A stretch of DNA of 64,000 nt, taken from Trichodelitschia bisporula (Eukaryota). Shown here one piece after another: positions 48,209-59,952 of the stretch (its first letter is position 1; each line of letters starts with the position of its first letter). The stretch covers positions 465,697 through 529,696 of the forward strand of contig ML996699.1 of assembly GCA_010356995.1 (NCBI GenBank), given 5' to 3'. The notes beneath the pieces were generated by a model. It worked only from the letters and a program-made list of their open reading frames with translations, was not told where the DNA came from and did not search any database. Made by a program: the position numbers and the translations under genes.

Positions 48209-49691
48209 GGCGAACCGAGGTGGCGATGCGCGCGGGTGAAATTGGTCGTACTTTGGAGTATGGCCAATTGAGGTCGCGAAACCTCTCGGAGTTGTCTGTT
48301 GACACGTCCAAATAGTCCTTTAAGGTTAAATCAATGCCACGTTAAGTTTATATGTATCCGCCGGGGCATTTCCTAGAATGCATGGATATAGATGCCTAAT
48401 GTCTTCGGTGCAACAGTTCATCCGGACCCGGATGAAGCGGCACGACGGCTCCTGAGGCGTAAATTAAACGCTTTATCCTTTAGGCTTCCATTTATTGTAC
48501 CATGTGCTAGAAAGCTTTCAAGAAGTTCGCGGTATTTCAATGCAGGTCATGCAGCTGGTGGTGCTCAATGCTGAAGCCAAGCGGCAGCTAACGTCGTTAG
48601 CGTGCTTCGCGTCTAGGCTGAACCGACAACGTCTTCAAAGCACGCCCACGAATGAAGACGGTATCACGACAGCTCCAGACGAGACAAGTACTGAAGATGG
48701 CAAAATCCACGCGGAGCAACCATGCCAAGTAGAGCATCGTCACTGACACGGGCTGGAGTTTTTCCTGGCTCCACCCGGCCTAACGTCACCTCATCACTAC
48801 ATCAGTTCTCCTTCGCTCACCATTGCTAGTTTTCTTCATCTGAATTCTATACCATCGTCGATTGAAATATCTTAAGAGTGCCAATATCACCAGCTTCTAC
48901 CCATCCTCGTTATCCTCCACTTCAATGCTCAAATCGGCTTCGAATCGGACTCCGGCAGCCAGAACCGGGACTCGAAAGCAATATGGCGGTATCAGTATAT
49001 TAAGCTAAGGAGTATACTTGTAGTATACTTATAAATGTATAACCAAACTAGTTGAAAAGTGTGTAGGTCATGGTCGCTATGTGATGGTCTTTCGTATGTG
49101 ATGGTCTTTCGTTCGTATGTGCGGTCATTACCAGTGCGCAGTTGAACCGAACCTCGGATCAAAGTCGTGGACGGCAAGTTTAATACAGTACCTCGATACC
49201 CAGAGTGTCTATTCAGAATGTCAAAGGCTAATTTCAGGGGCAGTTACTTGTATACCTATCTTGGACTTCTTATCCGAAGTTTTATCGGGTCGAGTAAGTT
49301 CTACATTCGGGACCGCTTCCGCAGCTTTCTTCACTATGATTCTGCCTTCACCTACCATCCTTCCCGCTATGGGACGCATTCATCGGCGCGCGCCTTCCGC
49401 ATGGAGCGCGTCTTTGCTCTGTCGGTTTCTTCAATGCGGCTTCTTGGCAGAGTTTTGCTTCGTGAATGTGACCCAGGCACTCGGCGCGGAGTGGTGCTGT
49501 ACAAGTTGCTCCAGAAACCTATTCCACTTCCTTTCCTCAACAACAACAACCTGCAGACTCTCTCCTTTCGCTGCCCAATTTCATCTGCTCACCCAGCCCT
49601 CCAAACCGCCCTTCTCCAGTCACTTTCATCCTCCCTTCAGCCCCTTTTACTTCTCTGATTCAAGTTCCAGTCAGGCTATCAATCACCCAAG

Positions 49692-50926
49692 ATGCCTTCT
49701 CAGTCAAAGATTGCGGGGGCCAACCACAATCCGGCTAGGGTTGTGGAGATCAACGGCGTCAAGTGGGAGCTCGTCTTCGTCCACACTGCGGCCTGCAACG
49801 AGTGTCTCAAGAAGAACACTGCGATCATGCACCGCTGCCTCCAGTGTGTCTGGACCATCTGCGCTAATTGCAAGGCGGCGCGTGACGGCTCTCTTTGGCA
49901 CCGCGAGTGTCCGGTCGGCGCGGTATACCCGGCGGTCGATCCGGCTCTCCTCCCTCCCCCTCCTCCGGCGCAGGGTATCACGGCGGCTGGTGTTGCTGCC
50001 ATGATTGCTCGCAAGAAGGCCATTGCCGCTGGCACGGTTGTCCCGACCTCCACGGCTAGGAAGCGTGCCACCAAGCATGCTCGGCCGGCGTCTACCACTG
50101 AAGCTGGGCCTAGCAATGTAAGTGTCTTTTAATCTGACCGACGTCTACAAATAAGCTAATCACTAATTTTTGTAGACCAAGAAAGTCAAGCTCGATGAGG
50201 GGATGAATGATCCTCTGGCTAATCTCAACCATCATCCGAAGGAAGTCCCTAAGTGGCTCAAGGGTTTCGAGAATCGGGCCCTTCCCTTCAGCGACAAGGT
50301 CATCCATCTTGCTCCTGGCTTCCATCTCGACGGCCAGCCGGACGGCAATGTAGCGATTGTCTACGCGTACAACAACCGCAAGGGCGTGCGCTGCATCAAC
50401 ACGGTCGCCATGATCACGTCCAAGGACTATCCGGCTGAGTCGCAGTTCCCGACTATCAAGATGCATGGTATCGTCAACGAGCACGACAACCTCCTTTCGG
50501 ATCATACCGTCGAGACGTTCAACAAGGGCTTGATGAAGCATCCTAACAACTCTGCCTCCAGCGAAGAGCAGGCCACCACGGTCAATTACGGCACCATGAC
50601 TCCCGGTCAGCCGATTGTCTCGCGCCAGTACAACGCGTTTGACGAGACTCCTTGCCCCCCTCCCGCTCCGATCGCTCGCGGCCTTGGTGGTAAGTAATCC
50701 AATACTGTTCCCGACTCGTTCTAACACTGCCATGTAAGGTCTTATGGAGCCTCCGGTCTTCAATCCTGCTGGCCCGCCGGCTCAGGAGAACCTCATGAAC
50801 ACCGCGAAGGAAGACTCTGCCGACACCGACTTCACTGAGGACGAGTCCGCTCTCGAGACTGGCACGAGCACCGATGGTGAGGACGATTGTTCCCTCTACA
50901 CAGACTCTGATGCTGAAATTTCTTAG
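49692..50926 (+). CDS. Hypothetical three-exon protein (about 375 aa) with an N-terminal Cys/His zinc-finger-like motif and an acidic tail
   Basis: Exons 49692-50117, 50176-50689 and 50739-50926 splice in frame via GTAAGT donors and GCTAAT/CTAAC branch points. Motif CNEC-x10-CLQC-x4-CANC-x9-H. Confidence 0.75.
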
Positions 50927-51457
50927 ACCCTTCTACTTTCGTCACGCTTGAGATGCTCGGTGCGAATACTCCGGATGTTTAATGGGTCTGGGTGATTTAG
51001 GAGGATTGGACATGACAGATAGATCTTGTATCACATTTGTCTGGCGCCATATCCGACTAGTTATCATAGATCGGCTCATTGAACGTTAGAATACTTGCAC
51101 TTGCACTTATGACTTGGGATTCTGTGCCCTGCTCAGCTCCTGTTTTAACGCACCTACTGACATTTCCAGATTCTCGTTGCCGCTGTAGTTAGCTGCACCC
51201 TGCTTTGAGCGTATCGCCGCCCATACTTTAGCTCAAAGATTGATCCATTGAATTTTACTTATGCTTATGCTTATGGCTTTTGATTGTGTAGCCTATTCAG
51301 CTCTATGATACTGAGCCTATTGATGCCTCCGGATTATCTTTGCAAGCTAGTTGCCGCGCTGTACACTCCCGCAGATTCGCGAAACACAAATAAATGCCCA
51401 TAGCCCATGACCCAGCCCCTAACTCCTATGTCCGTATGCTCTGCCACATCGTCCCTC

Positions 51458-51895
51458 TTAACGGCAACTGATGATGATGTCTCTCGCCATAATCATATCC
51501 CAATCCGTCATCTGGAGCGTGTCGTACGCCTCCCAATACGAACAGCCAATCTCCTTCATTAACAAGCGAGCATTTCGCTCTTGCGTTAATTTCCGTGCCT
51601 CAGTCACATTCCCGTGGGCGTCCGCGAGCGCCTTCACCGCCGTCTCGCGATCAATCCCGAATCCCATCAAGAAGTCAATATCGTTCTCATACGGATACTC
51701 CTCATACTCCTCATCCACCGCGACCACCTCTGTCTCCGTCTCCGTCTTCGTCGTTGTCGTGGCAGCCGTAGTAGTCATGGCATCGTTGGTAGTTGTGGAA
51801 TCGGTGGTAGTTGTGAAATTCATGGTAGTTGGGACATCCATGGTAGTTGAGGCAGCCGTGGTAGTCGTGGCAGTCGCGGTAGTCAAGGCCGCCAT
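51458..51895 (-). CDS. Small protein with a Thr-rich repeat and two UBA-like three-helix domains
   Basis: IDFLMGFGIDRETAVKALADAHGNVTEA (UBA-like) and ARLLMKEIGCSYWEAYDTLQMTDWDMIMA (UBA-like). TTTAAA about 100 bp upstream. Confidence 0.6.
   Translation of the reverse strand: MAALTTATATTTTAASTTMDVPTTMNFTTTTDSTTTNDAMTTTAATTTTKTETETEVVAVDEEYEEYPYENDIDFLMGFGIDRETAVKALADAHGNVTEARKLTQERNARLLMKEIGCSYWEAYDTLQMTDWDMIMARDIIISCR
51735..51895. repeat. 18-bp coding minisatellite (6-aa xxxTTT/TTM unit), about 8-9 copies
   Basis: ggtagttgtggaatcggt / ggtagttgtgaaattcat / ggtagttgggacatccat / ggtagttgaggcagccgt / ggtagtcgtggcagtcgc. Confidence 0.9.
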
Positions 51896-52376
51896 TGATG
51901 TAAGGCAGGACACACGGAACGTGCATGCAAGATGGAAATTGTGAAGATTTGTCGAAAGACAAGGGAAGAAGAGCGTCAGAGACTCTCGAGGTTTAAATGC
52001 ACGATGTCCTTCAACGCTCCTTCCCCAATACTCGCATTACATCATATCCCTTGATGACATAAAATGCTCCTTCCATAACCACATCAGCCACAGCCTGTGC
52101 ATACCCTCTCTTCTCCACCCGCAAGCGCCTCCCCACCATACTCACCCGTTCCCACGGTTCAGCACACCCCTCTCCACACCCCGCCGACTATCTCCAGTCT
52201 TGCCTAGGCGCACCGCTTTCCGTTTTTAAGCTCGGATTTCCGGAGATATTGATATTGCTGTCTGAGCATGGCAGGCTTAGGCCATAGATATTGCGATGGT
52301 GCTAAACGAAGTTGTGTATGTACAGCTAGACATGACAACGTGCGCTACATATGCACATTGACAGACCAAGCTCTCT

Positions 52377-53370
52377 TCAGTCCAAGTCCACCAGCTTCGC
52401 AACCTCCTCCGCCATATCATGAAACACCTTCGCCCGCTTACTCTCCGGCTCAGCAACAACCGTCGGCTTCCCTTTATCCGCATCCGCACATATTCGGCCA
52501 TTAAGCGGCACATCCGCCAGTAATCTGATATCAAGCTCCTCACACGCGCGCCTAACCCCATCATGCCCAAACACATGCTCCTCATGCCCGCACCCCGGGC
52601 ACTGATAAAGCGACATATTCTGCACCATGCCCAGAATCGGCACTTCCACCTTGCGGAACATATTAATCCCCTTGATGCTGTCCTTCAGCGAGAGACTCTG
52701 CGGCGTCGACACGATTAGCGCGCCATGCACCTCGATCTGCTGCGTGATGGTGAGTTGCACGTCGCCCGTGCCCGGTGGTAAGTCAAGGACTAGCACGTCG
52801 AGTCCGCCCCAGTCGACTTCGTGTAGTAGCTGCTGTAGCGCCTTCTGCACCATCAAGCCCCGCCACACGACTGGTGCGTCGTCTGGCACCAGGTACCCCA
52901 TCGACATGCTCTTGACGCCGTACCCGACAAGCGGCACAAGGCGTCCATCTACACCCCATCAGCCCGCGCTCCCCAACCCACACCACACAAACGTACTCGG
53001 CGTGATCCTGGGCTCCCCACTCAAATTCAACAGCGTAGGCACGCTCGGCCCAAAAATATCCGCATCCAGCAACCCGGTCCGCTTGCCCTGTCGCGCAAAA
53101 GCCAGGGCCAGATTCACCGCTATCGTGCTCTTGCCCACGCCACCCTTGGCCGAGCTCACGGCGAGCACCTTCCGTACATCGGGGAGGGGACGGCGCGTAG
53201 GCAGACCGCGCGCCATCATTGCGGGGAAGCGCGAGGGCTTGCCCCCAGGCGGGGCTTTGGGTGGGAGGCCCTAGACAGTTAGTTTAGGTCTTTAAGAGCA
53301 AGAGCGAGCTTACGAGGGGATTTTCATGGCTGCAACGACGTGCGATCGTGGAGAAGAGTCGCGGGCGCAT
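52377..53370 (-). CDS. IND1: Mitochondrial Fe-S carrier P-loop NTPase (Mrp/NBP35 family, Ind1/NUBPL)
   Basis: Presequence [55 protein letters not shown]. Two short introns. Confidence 0.92.
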
Positions 53371-53530
53371 TTTCGTGATCTCGTCTGAGATGAGGCGGTG
53401 GTTTGGGCGGGCGCCGGGGATGGAGAAAAGCTCCGCCGGCAGGCGCGACGCGGGCGCGGCTGCCAAGATTTCAGGGTCGGGGTTGGGAACTTTTTTTTGG
53501 GCGGGCGAAGGTTGGCGCAGATCAGACACA
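53371..53530. promoter_or_regulatory. Compact bidirectional promoter IND1/BFR2 with a PAC-like GAGATGAG
   Basis: Only 160 bp between the divergent ATGs. GAGATGAG at 53387-53394 and a T-tract at about 53491. Confidence 0.5.
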
Positions 53531-55055
53531 ATGGCGAAGAAGACGAGAGCGCGCACGCTTGCCGAGCAGATTGCTGAGCTGGATGATCCGGCGCCGAAGG
53601 GTATGTATTTCACTGAGCTGATAATGCGGTGCTGACGATTCAGATTTTGATCCTGAGGATGTGGAGCGGCTTGAGAGTGATAGCGACGGCTCTGCGGACG
53701 ATGAGAGCGAGGTGGAGGCTGATCCAAGGGCGCATTACGAGGCTGTTGGGTGAGTTGGCTGCTCCGGTTTTTTGGATGGTGCTAATTTGAGCAGGAAGAG
53801 CAAGTTGCGCAAGCCCCAGGGCCCTGCTGCTCTCGGACCTCAGTACGTAGGCAAGAAGGTCGGGCGCGAGGTGATCGAGGAGGAGGACAGCGATGATCCG
53901 TTTGCGCGCGAGTATGCGGACAGCGAGTCTGAGGGCGAGTCTCACGACGGGTCTGACGAGGAGGACGAAGTCGACTTAGACAGCGACGAGGACGACGAGG
54001 GCAGCGAAGGAGACAGTGAGAATGAAGATGAGGACGAGGACGAAGGCATGTCCGACGCCGACGGCCCCTCCAAAGCCGACGAAGTCGACCGCGACGAGCT
54101 CCGGCGCCTGATGGCCGACGACGCAAAGCAAGTCGCAGCATCCCTCTCCCAAGCCGCCCAAGCCGACATCGCCAAAGGCACTGCTGTCAAAGCCCAAAAA
54201 GCTACCTTCGACGCCCTCCTCAACGTGCGCATCAAGCTACAGAAAGCGATGATCGCAACCAACTCGCTTCCCGCCCCTGCCCCTGCCCTAGAAAATGACG
54301 CTATCGTTGCCGCCGAAACGGCCGCCATAACGCTGTGGAACCGCCTCAACGCCCTGCGTTACACGCTGTCTAACACGGCCGGGTCTAAGCGCTCTTACAC
54401 CGAGTTTGCCGTCGATACACCCCTTGACGCCCTCTGGGCTGAGATGCATGCCCCTGCGGCCGATGCGGCGAAGCAGCGTGACGCGACCCTCGACTTCTGG
54501 TCCAACAAGGTGCGCGCCACGGCCGCTATGCCGACACGCGGACGCCTCAACAACGCGCCCGCGACGCAGGCCCTCAGCGCGGTGCTCCGCGCACAGCTGG
54601 CCGATCTACCGCGGCTAGTAGCGCGGACACAGGTCGCACGTTCCTGCGCGCCGGCCCAGGCCGCCGCTGCCGCCAAAAAGCAGCCGCCACCATCAACACT
54701 ACTCCCGGTGTTCGATGACGCGGACTTCTATAGCACTTTACTCCAAGCACTAGTGGCAGAGCGTGGAGCCGATGCCGCTTTGGGTAGTCTGGCGACGCAA
54801 CCGTGGCAGGCGGCGCGCGAGGCGAAGACGAAGCGCGGAGTAGATACAAAGGCGAGTAAGGGGCGGAAGCTGCGGTATACGGTTCACGAGGCTCTACTTA
54901 ATTTCATGGCGCCGGAGGATAGGGGGGTTTGGGGTGCAAGACAGAGGGATGAGTTGTTCTCTGGGTTGTTTGGGCAGAGGGGGGGGTTGGATGAAGGGGT
55001 TAGTGAGGAGAGTGATGAGGAGGGGGATGGGTTGAGGTTGTTTGCGGGTGTGTAG
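53531..55055 (+). CDS. BFR2: Ribosome biogenesis protein Bfr2 (AATF/TRAUB family)
   Basis: P.DFDPED, acidic N-terminus, KG.AVKAQ...FDALLNVRIKLQK, FDDADFY, VDTKASKGRKLRYTVHE.L.NFMAP. Introns 53601-53643 and 53750-53794. Confidence 0.93.
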
Positions 55056-57323
55056 TGTTACGGGTACATAATGAGCCATGGGTGGTGTATCAGATGGGCT
55101 CTTTCAGTGATGCTTGAGATACTTCACGTGGGGTTGAGATGTCTGATGGGCTTCTTTTACGTATTCGGCGAACGCCGTCTGGGATATCTGATGCATCGTT
55201 TTGCTGGCATTGGGTGATGGAAGGAGCGCTACATGCCCAGACCAGCGGAATGATGCTTCAGAGCAGTTCACGTGGGTTGACATACCAATATGGGATCTCT
55301 TTTTGGGTATTCCGCAGAGTAATCGGCGAAGTGCTACGTACCCCGAACAGGCGTGGTACAGCGCACGATGTGCAGGGATGGGAGGATGAATCGGGACTCG
55401 TGCAGCCGGGGGGACCCGAGGGTACGATTGCGTGTCTTTACTGCTAGTCCAGAAGGAGATGGGAAGGCGGGGTGGACGAGAAGCGGGAGCAGGACTGGGT
55501 TGCGGGGGAGGGGCGGTGGTGGTAGTGGTGGTGGTGGTGATGGTGCAGCTGGTGGTGGTTGATGCAGCCGCGGCGGCCGGCAGCTGATGATGATGCGCGT
55601 CGTGCAGATAGGCGAGCGATAGGGAAGGCAATGGGCTTTTTTTGGTGGCTTGTGGAATACCGTACTGTATGCAGGGCTTATGCGTGGAAGCTTGCTTCGG
55701 TGTGTGGGTTGCTCGCTATACGGGTTGCTCGACTGGTGATGCTGGTAGTACCGCATGTTGACCCCGGTTCTCGCTCACCGTCGGATGGTGTTCGTTTTTG
55801 GCGGCTGGATGCGGAGATGCAATCAGTTGGGCTCGTGGGAGAGTGTGAGGACGGGGGAGTTTTCCTTTTTGCGACGAGGGCTAGGTTAGGTTACCCGTAT
55901 GCTCTCACTCTCTTCCGCCGCTTCGGAATAGGGGAATAGGCGGTCGGTATGATTTGCGTTGATGCCATTCCTGGGCGGAAAGGCGTGGACGGGTTGAGTG
56001 GGTTTAGAGCGGGCGGGTTTTGCTGACAAAAGACGGCTTTGATGGGCCGAATGCGGGACGGAGTGAATCACCGCTTTTGTATGGGGGGGGGGGGTTTGTG
56101 GTGGGGTATGGCGATGCCGAGATGGGTACGTACGAATGTAATGTGTAGTTGCACATCGAATACGATGTAGTAATCGCAGCAATGTGTTATTGCCGCAGGA
56201 AGTATCTGTCTCGCGATCCCATGCATATCAAAGTCGAAGTACCGGTACAGTGCTGCAGTGAAATAATAGCCTCAGGCCCCCCATCAGCCATCAGCCTCGC
56301 CAGTTCGCCACCATCCGCCACCACAGCCTTTTTCTCACAAAACACCAAAACCATCCATATTGCCCGCAAGCACCTCCGATCTATACTGCCTTTTACCATT
56401 GGGACTGAGTACAAATGTACATCGCCAGCTCCACCCTCGGCCCAGCTCCCCACCCCCTCCTCTTCCGGTGCCGGGCCAAACATAGCCAGCTCTCAGCACG
56501 CAGGGTCTTGCAGCTAGGCTCAGGCCGACGTGCATTGAAGAGGCGAGAACCACGGGAAGATGGCGACGCGATGGACCTCTTTCCCGGGAGCTGATTCAAG
56601 CAGGAGGAAAAAGAATTGTCAACCATTCGTACCATACTTGCTCATGATTGCTCTTCTCTTCACCCCGTGCCGGTTGTCCCGAATGCCATCCATCCCCGTC
56701 CATGGCAGACTCTCCGCATTCGTGGACTCGTCACTGTCACCACTTCCTTTTTTTCTTCCAAAGAACGTCTTCTTCCCGACCCGCATATGCCCGTTGCAGC
56801 CTTGCCCTGTCAATCCACAAACAATCCCTCCCTCCTGTCTTTGACCCTCACCACTCATGCTCCGCTTTTGCCCCTCACCCCTCCACATCTCCCCTTCCAC
56901 CACGAATCTTCAGCCTTCAACCCACGAACAGACCCTTCATACCCCTTCACGCCCCCCCCTGTCTCGCTTCATTATCCCCACCGCAACTAGTGAGCAGTGC
57001 TCCTCCGTAGTCAGCATCAGCGGTAGTTCTTTAGTTCTGGTTCTACCATAATAACAACAAACCCCCCCCTCCCACCACCACAACCCCACCTTCAAATCTT
57101 CAACTGCAACCTCCCCAGAAATCCACCATGTCCATCATCCGTCCTCCCGTTTGAACGCGGGTGCGACTTCCTTCCCCATTAGATTCGGCACTAAAGACCC
57201 CCTTCCCGTCCCGCCCGCCACCCGTTCCCTCCTTCCCGGTCAATCTTTTCACCCCCCGCTCCTTCCACAGCCACACCTCCGTACCACAGAAGAACGTTTC
57301 AGCGCATCACGAACCTCGCCACC

Positions 57324-58319
57324 ATGCCCCGCGACCGCAAACGCAAACGGAATTCCCCCTCCGCCCTCTCCTCCGCCCTCTCCACCGCCCTCCTTACCCC
57401 TCCCGCCGACGAATACGCCAAACCCTTCCCGGACACCAAAGTCGCGCGCACAAGCAACAGCACCCCCTCATCCGGTCGCTCAACGCCGGCCAGTGACGCT
57501 TCCGGCAGCTCTACACCCGCCGCCGACTCCGGCGCATCGTCGACAGACAGCAGAACCCCGGACACAAGCAGCGATGACGGCAACAGCACGCCCGAATGCG
57601 CGTGCGCCACTGCGCCCTGCGCCTGCCCAGCACCCACCCTCGCATTGGGGTTGCACGTCCTGCGCGCTGAAGCACTTGCCCTAGCACACGTCGCCGGGTT
57701 GTATGAAAGCAGCGCAACGGCACAGACAGGGCTAGTAAGGGCCGTGGGCGCGGTGGCGGGCGCACAGCGACGAGGCGGGAAACTAGTTGTATGCGGGATA
57801 GGCAAGAGCGGACATGTGGGTGTGAAGCTGGTGGCGACATTGAAGAGTCTTGGGGTGGGGAGTGCGTTTATGCATGCGGCGGAGGCGGTGCATGGAGATT
57901 TGGGGGATGTGAGGGAGGTGCGTTATTCCCATTCCTGGTCGAAGGAGGGCAGGGCTGATATGAGACAGGGTGATGTGCTTCTGTTCATAACTTACTCCGG
58001 CAAGACGCCCGAGATGCGCGCTCTTACGCCGCATCTCCCGCCCCGAGTGCCGGTTATTGCGATTTGTGGCGCGAGTGCGCCGGGGGGTTGTGCGTTCCTG
58101 GCCGACCGGCCTGATGCGATTCTTCTCCCGGCTCCGATTCCGGTCTCTGAGGAGGCGATGTTTGGGGTTGGGGCGCCGACGATCTCGACGACTGTTGCTA
58201 TGGCGGTGGGGGATATGCTTGCGTTGACGGTGGCGCAGCGGTTGCATGGTGAGCGGGTTAAGGGCGTGTTTGGGAGGAATCATCCTGGTGGAGCGATTGG
58301 GGCTGTGGGTAGGGGCTAG
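57324..58319 (+). CDS. SIS-domain sugar-phosphate isomerase (KpsF/GutQ-like, no CBS domains)
   Basis: VVCGIGKSGHVG, FMHAAEAVHGDLG, YSGKTPE, APTISTT, FGRNHPGGAIG. Intron 57918-57968. Confidence 0.9.
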   Translation: MPRDRKRKRNSPSALSSALSTALLTPPADEYAKPFPDTKVARTSNSTPSSGRSTPASDASGSSTPAADSGASSTDSRTPDTSSDDGNSTPECACATAPCACPAPTLALGLHVLRAEALALAHVAGLYESSATAQTGLVRAVGAVAGAQRRGGKLVVCGIGKSGHVGVKLVATLKSLGVGSAFMHAAEAVHGDLGDVREVRYSHSWSKEGRADMRQGDVLLFITYSGKTPEMRALTPHLPPRVPVIAICGASAPGGCAFLADRPDAILLPAPIPVSEEAMFGVGAPTISTTVAMAVGDMLALTVAQRLHGERVKGVFGRNHPGGAIGAVGRG

Positions 58320-58644
58320 GAAAGTGTATATGGGTGATTTGAGAGCGGGAGAGTGCATGACGTGGTGGGATTCTGCGTTTGCGTTTGCGTGGCGTTGTGG
58401 ATGTTTGATATTCGCCTTCCTTTGCGGCGCGAAGTAGATGATAGATGCGCGTCGTGCCGGTAGAGGTACGTCGATGCCAGCTTTGCGCATGGGGGGCTTT
58501 TTTGTTGCTGGGTATCATTTCGGGTATCATGATGCATGCTATGGAACCTCCGCTTCCACATCCTCCTCTATATACTCGTCCTCGCTCTAGCGTTGTTGGG
58601 TATCATAAAGCATGCTATGGAGCCTGCACTTCCACATCCCCATC

Positions 58645-59607
58645 CTAGTCATCCTCGCTTGAGCTGCCGTAGCTTACCAGCCCGCCTCCTGTCACAAGAG
58701 GCGCTGGCTTGACTTCCGTTGATACCGCAGCCTCGCCATTCGGCTCCCCATCTCCCTCATCTGCTCTGGCCCCCTCAACCTCCCTCCTAACCTTCTTCCT
58801 TCTCAACACCTCCAGCGGAACAACCTCCCCCCTCTCCCCATCCCAACCTCTCAATGCACCCGTCCCCACCTGCGCCCTAAGCACCCTCTTCACCCCCTCC
58901 TTACCCTTCCCCCCCTCCAACCCCGCAAACTCCACCGCCCTAGCCCTCACCACATCCCCCTCCCGTCCCTCCAGCACCCTAACACCCAGTCCATACCTCG
59001 CCGCAACCCCCTCCGCCTCCTTCTCCTTCTCTACCCTCACCCTCTTCTCCGCCCTAAACCTGCCCCTTAGCCGCGCATTCGCCGCCCCAGGATCAGACCA
59101 ATCCCTTTCCCTCGCCTCCTTCAAGCGGGCCAACCGCCCAGCCTCCGAGTCCGCGATAGCTTTATCCGTCTTCTCGCGATCCAACTTCAGGAACGGATCC
59201 GGCTCGGCCTCGGGCTCCGCGGCGCCGGGTAAGAGGACGGGAAGAGCCCCCTCGCTCGCACTCGGCAGTGTTCTTGCCCGCGCCCCAGACGTCACGACAT
59301 ACGCTGCCCGTGCCGGATCGGTCGAGATAGTAATGGACCCGCGGCACGGCGTGTGTGTAAACGTGAAGGCCCAGATGGGGGTTGTGTGGTAGGAGCCTGT
59401 GCGGCGCTTGTGCGCGTTGAAGCGCAGGCCGGCGGCGAGGAGGGATTCGGGTTGGCAGGTTGTGCACCAGATTGGGAGGGGGAGTTCGAAGCGGATTGTT
59501 GGGGGTTGGGAGGAAGGGGTGTTGCGGGGGGGTTTGCGGGTAGTGGTGGAGAGGGAGGAGTCCAGGGAGGAGGGCGCGTGGTAGCGGCCCATGTTGAAGC
59601 CTTGCAT
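58645..59607 (-). CDS. CWC16/Saf4/Yju2 family splicing factor (CCDC130-like)
   Basis: MQGFNMGRY, IRFELPLPIWCTTC, GLRFNAHK, TDP..AYVVTSGAR, W.DP..AN..LR..FR, LVSYGSSSEDD. Confidence 0.88.
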   Translation of the reverse strand: MQGFNMGRYHAPSSLDSSLSTTTRKPPRNTPSSQPPTIRFELPLPIWCTTCQPESLLAAGLRFNAHKRRTGSYHTTPIWAFTFTHTPCRGSITISTDPARAAYVVTSGARARTLPSASEGALPVLLPGAAEPEAEPDPFLKLDREKTDKAIADSEAGRLARLKEARERDWSDPGAANARLRGRFRAEKRVRVEKEKEAEGVAARYGLGVRVLEGREGDVVRARAVEFAGLEGGKGKEGVKRVLRAQVGTGALRGWDGERGEVVPLEVLRRKKVRREVEGARADEGDGEPNGEAAVSTEVKPAPLVTGGGLVSYGSSSEDD

Positions 59608-59952
59608 TTTGGCGATGCGGGGAAGGGGTGCGCCTAAGTGCGGATAGTGCGAGGTGAGTGATAGTGAGGAGAGTGGTCTCGAGTAGACTTTGGAAGGGAT
59701 ATGAGAAAATTAGACTTGATGGAGCGAGAAGCCGTACGTGAAGCTGTCAGCTGTGAATGTCGGGATGAAGCCGCGATGTTATCGATTGCCGCAAGCGCCA
59801 AGCCGGGTGGCGCCGCACTAGTGAGCGTGCCAGGCTGCAGTCCGGGCGCGTCCCCCACCAGACCTGTGATGCTCGTCGCTGTTCAAACTTTCTAACTTCC
59901 GTACATATTTCTTCTTTACTGTGGTTAGAAGGTGGGACTTGAGTAAGGCACC

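Noticed and set aside
49117..49690. N-terminal parts of the 295-aa and 163-aa ORFs
   Set aside because: Non-coding-like composition; better explained as promoter or leader of the gene starting at 49692.
56380..56410. GCCTTTTAC, matching U5 snRNA loop 1
   Set aside because: The flanks do not form the closing stem and there is no Sm site downstream.
55104..56990. Many 60-175 aa ORFs between BFR2 and the SIS gene
   Set aside because: Low-complexity, overlapping in several frames, with no motifs or consistent splice model.
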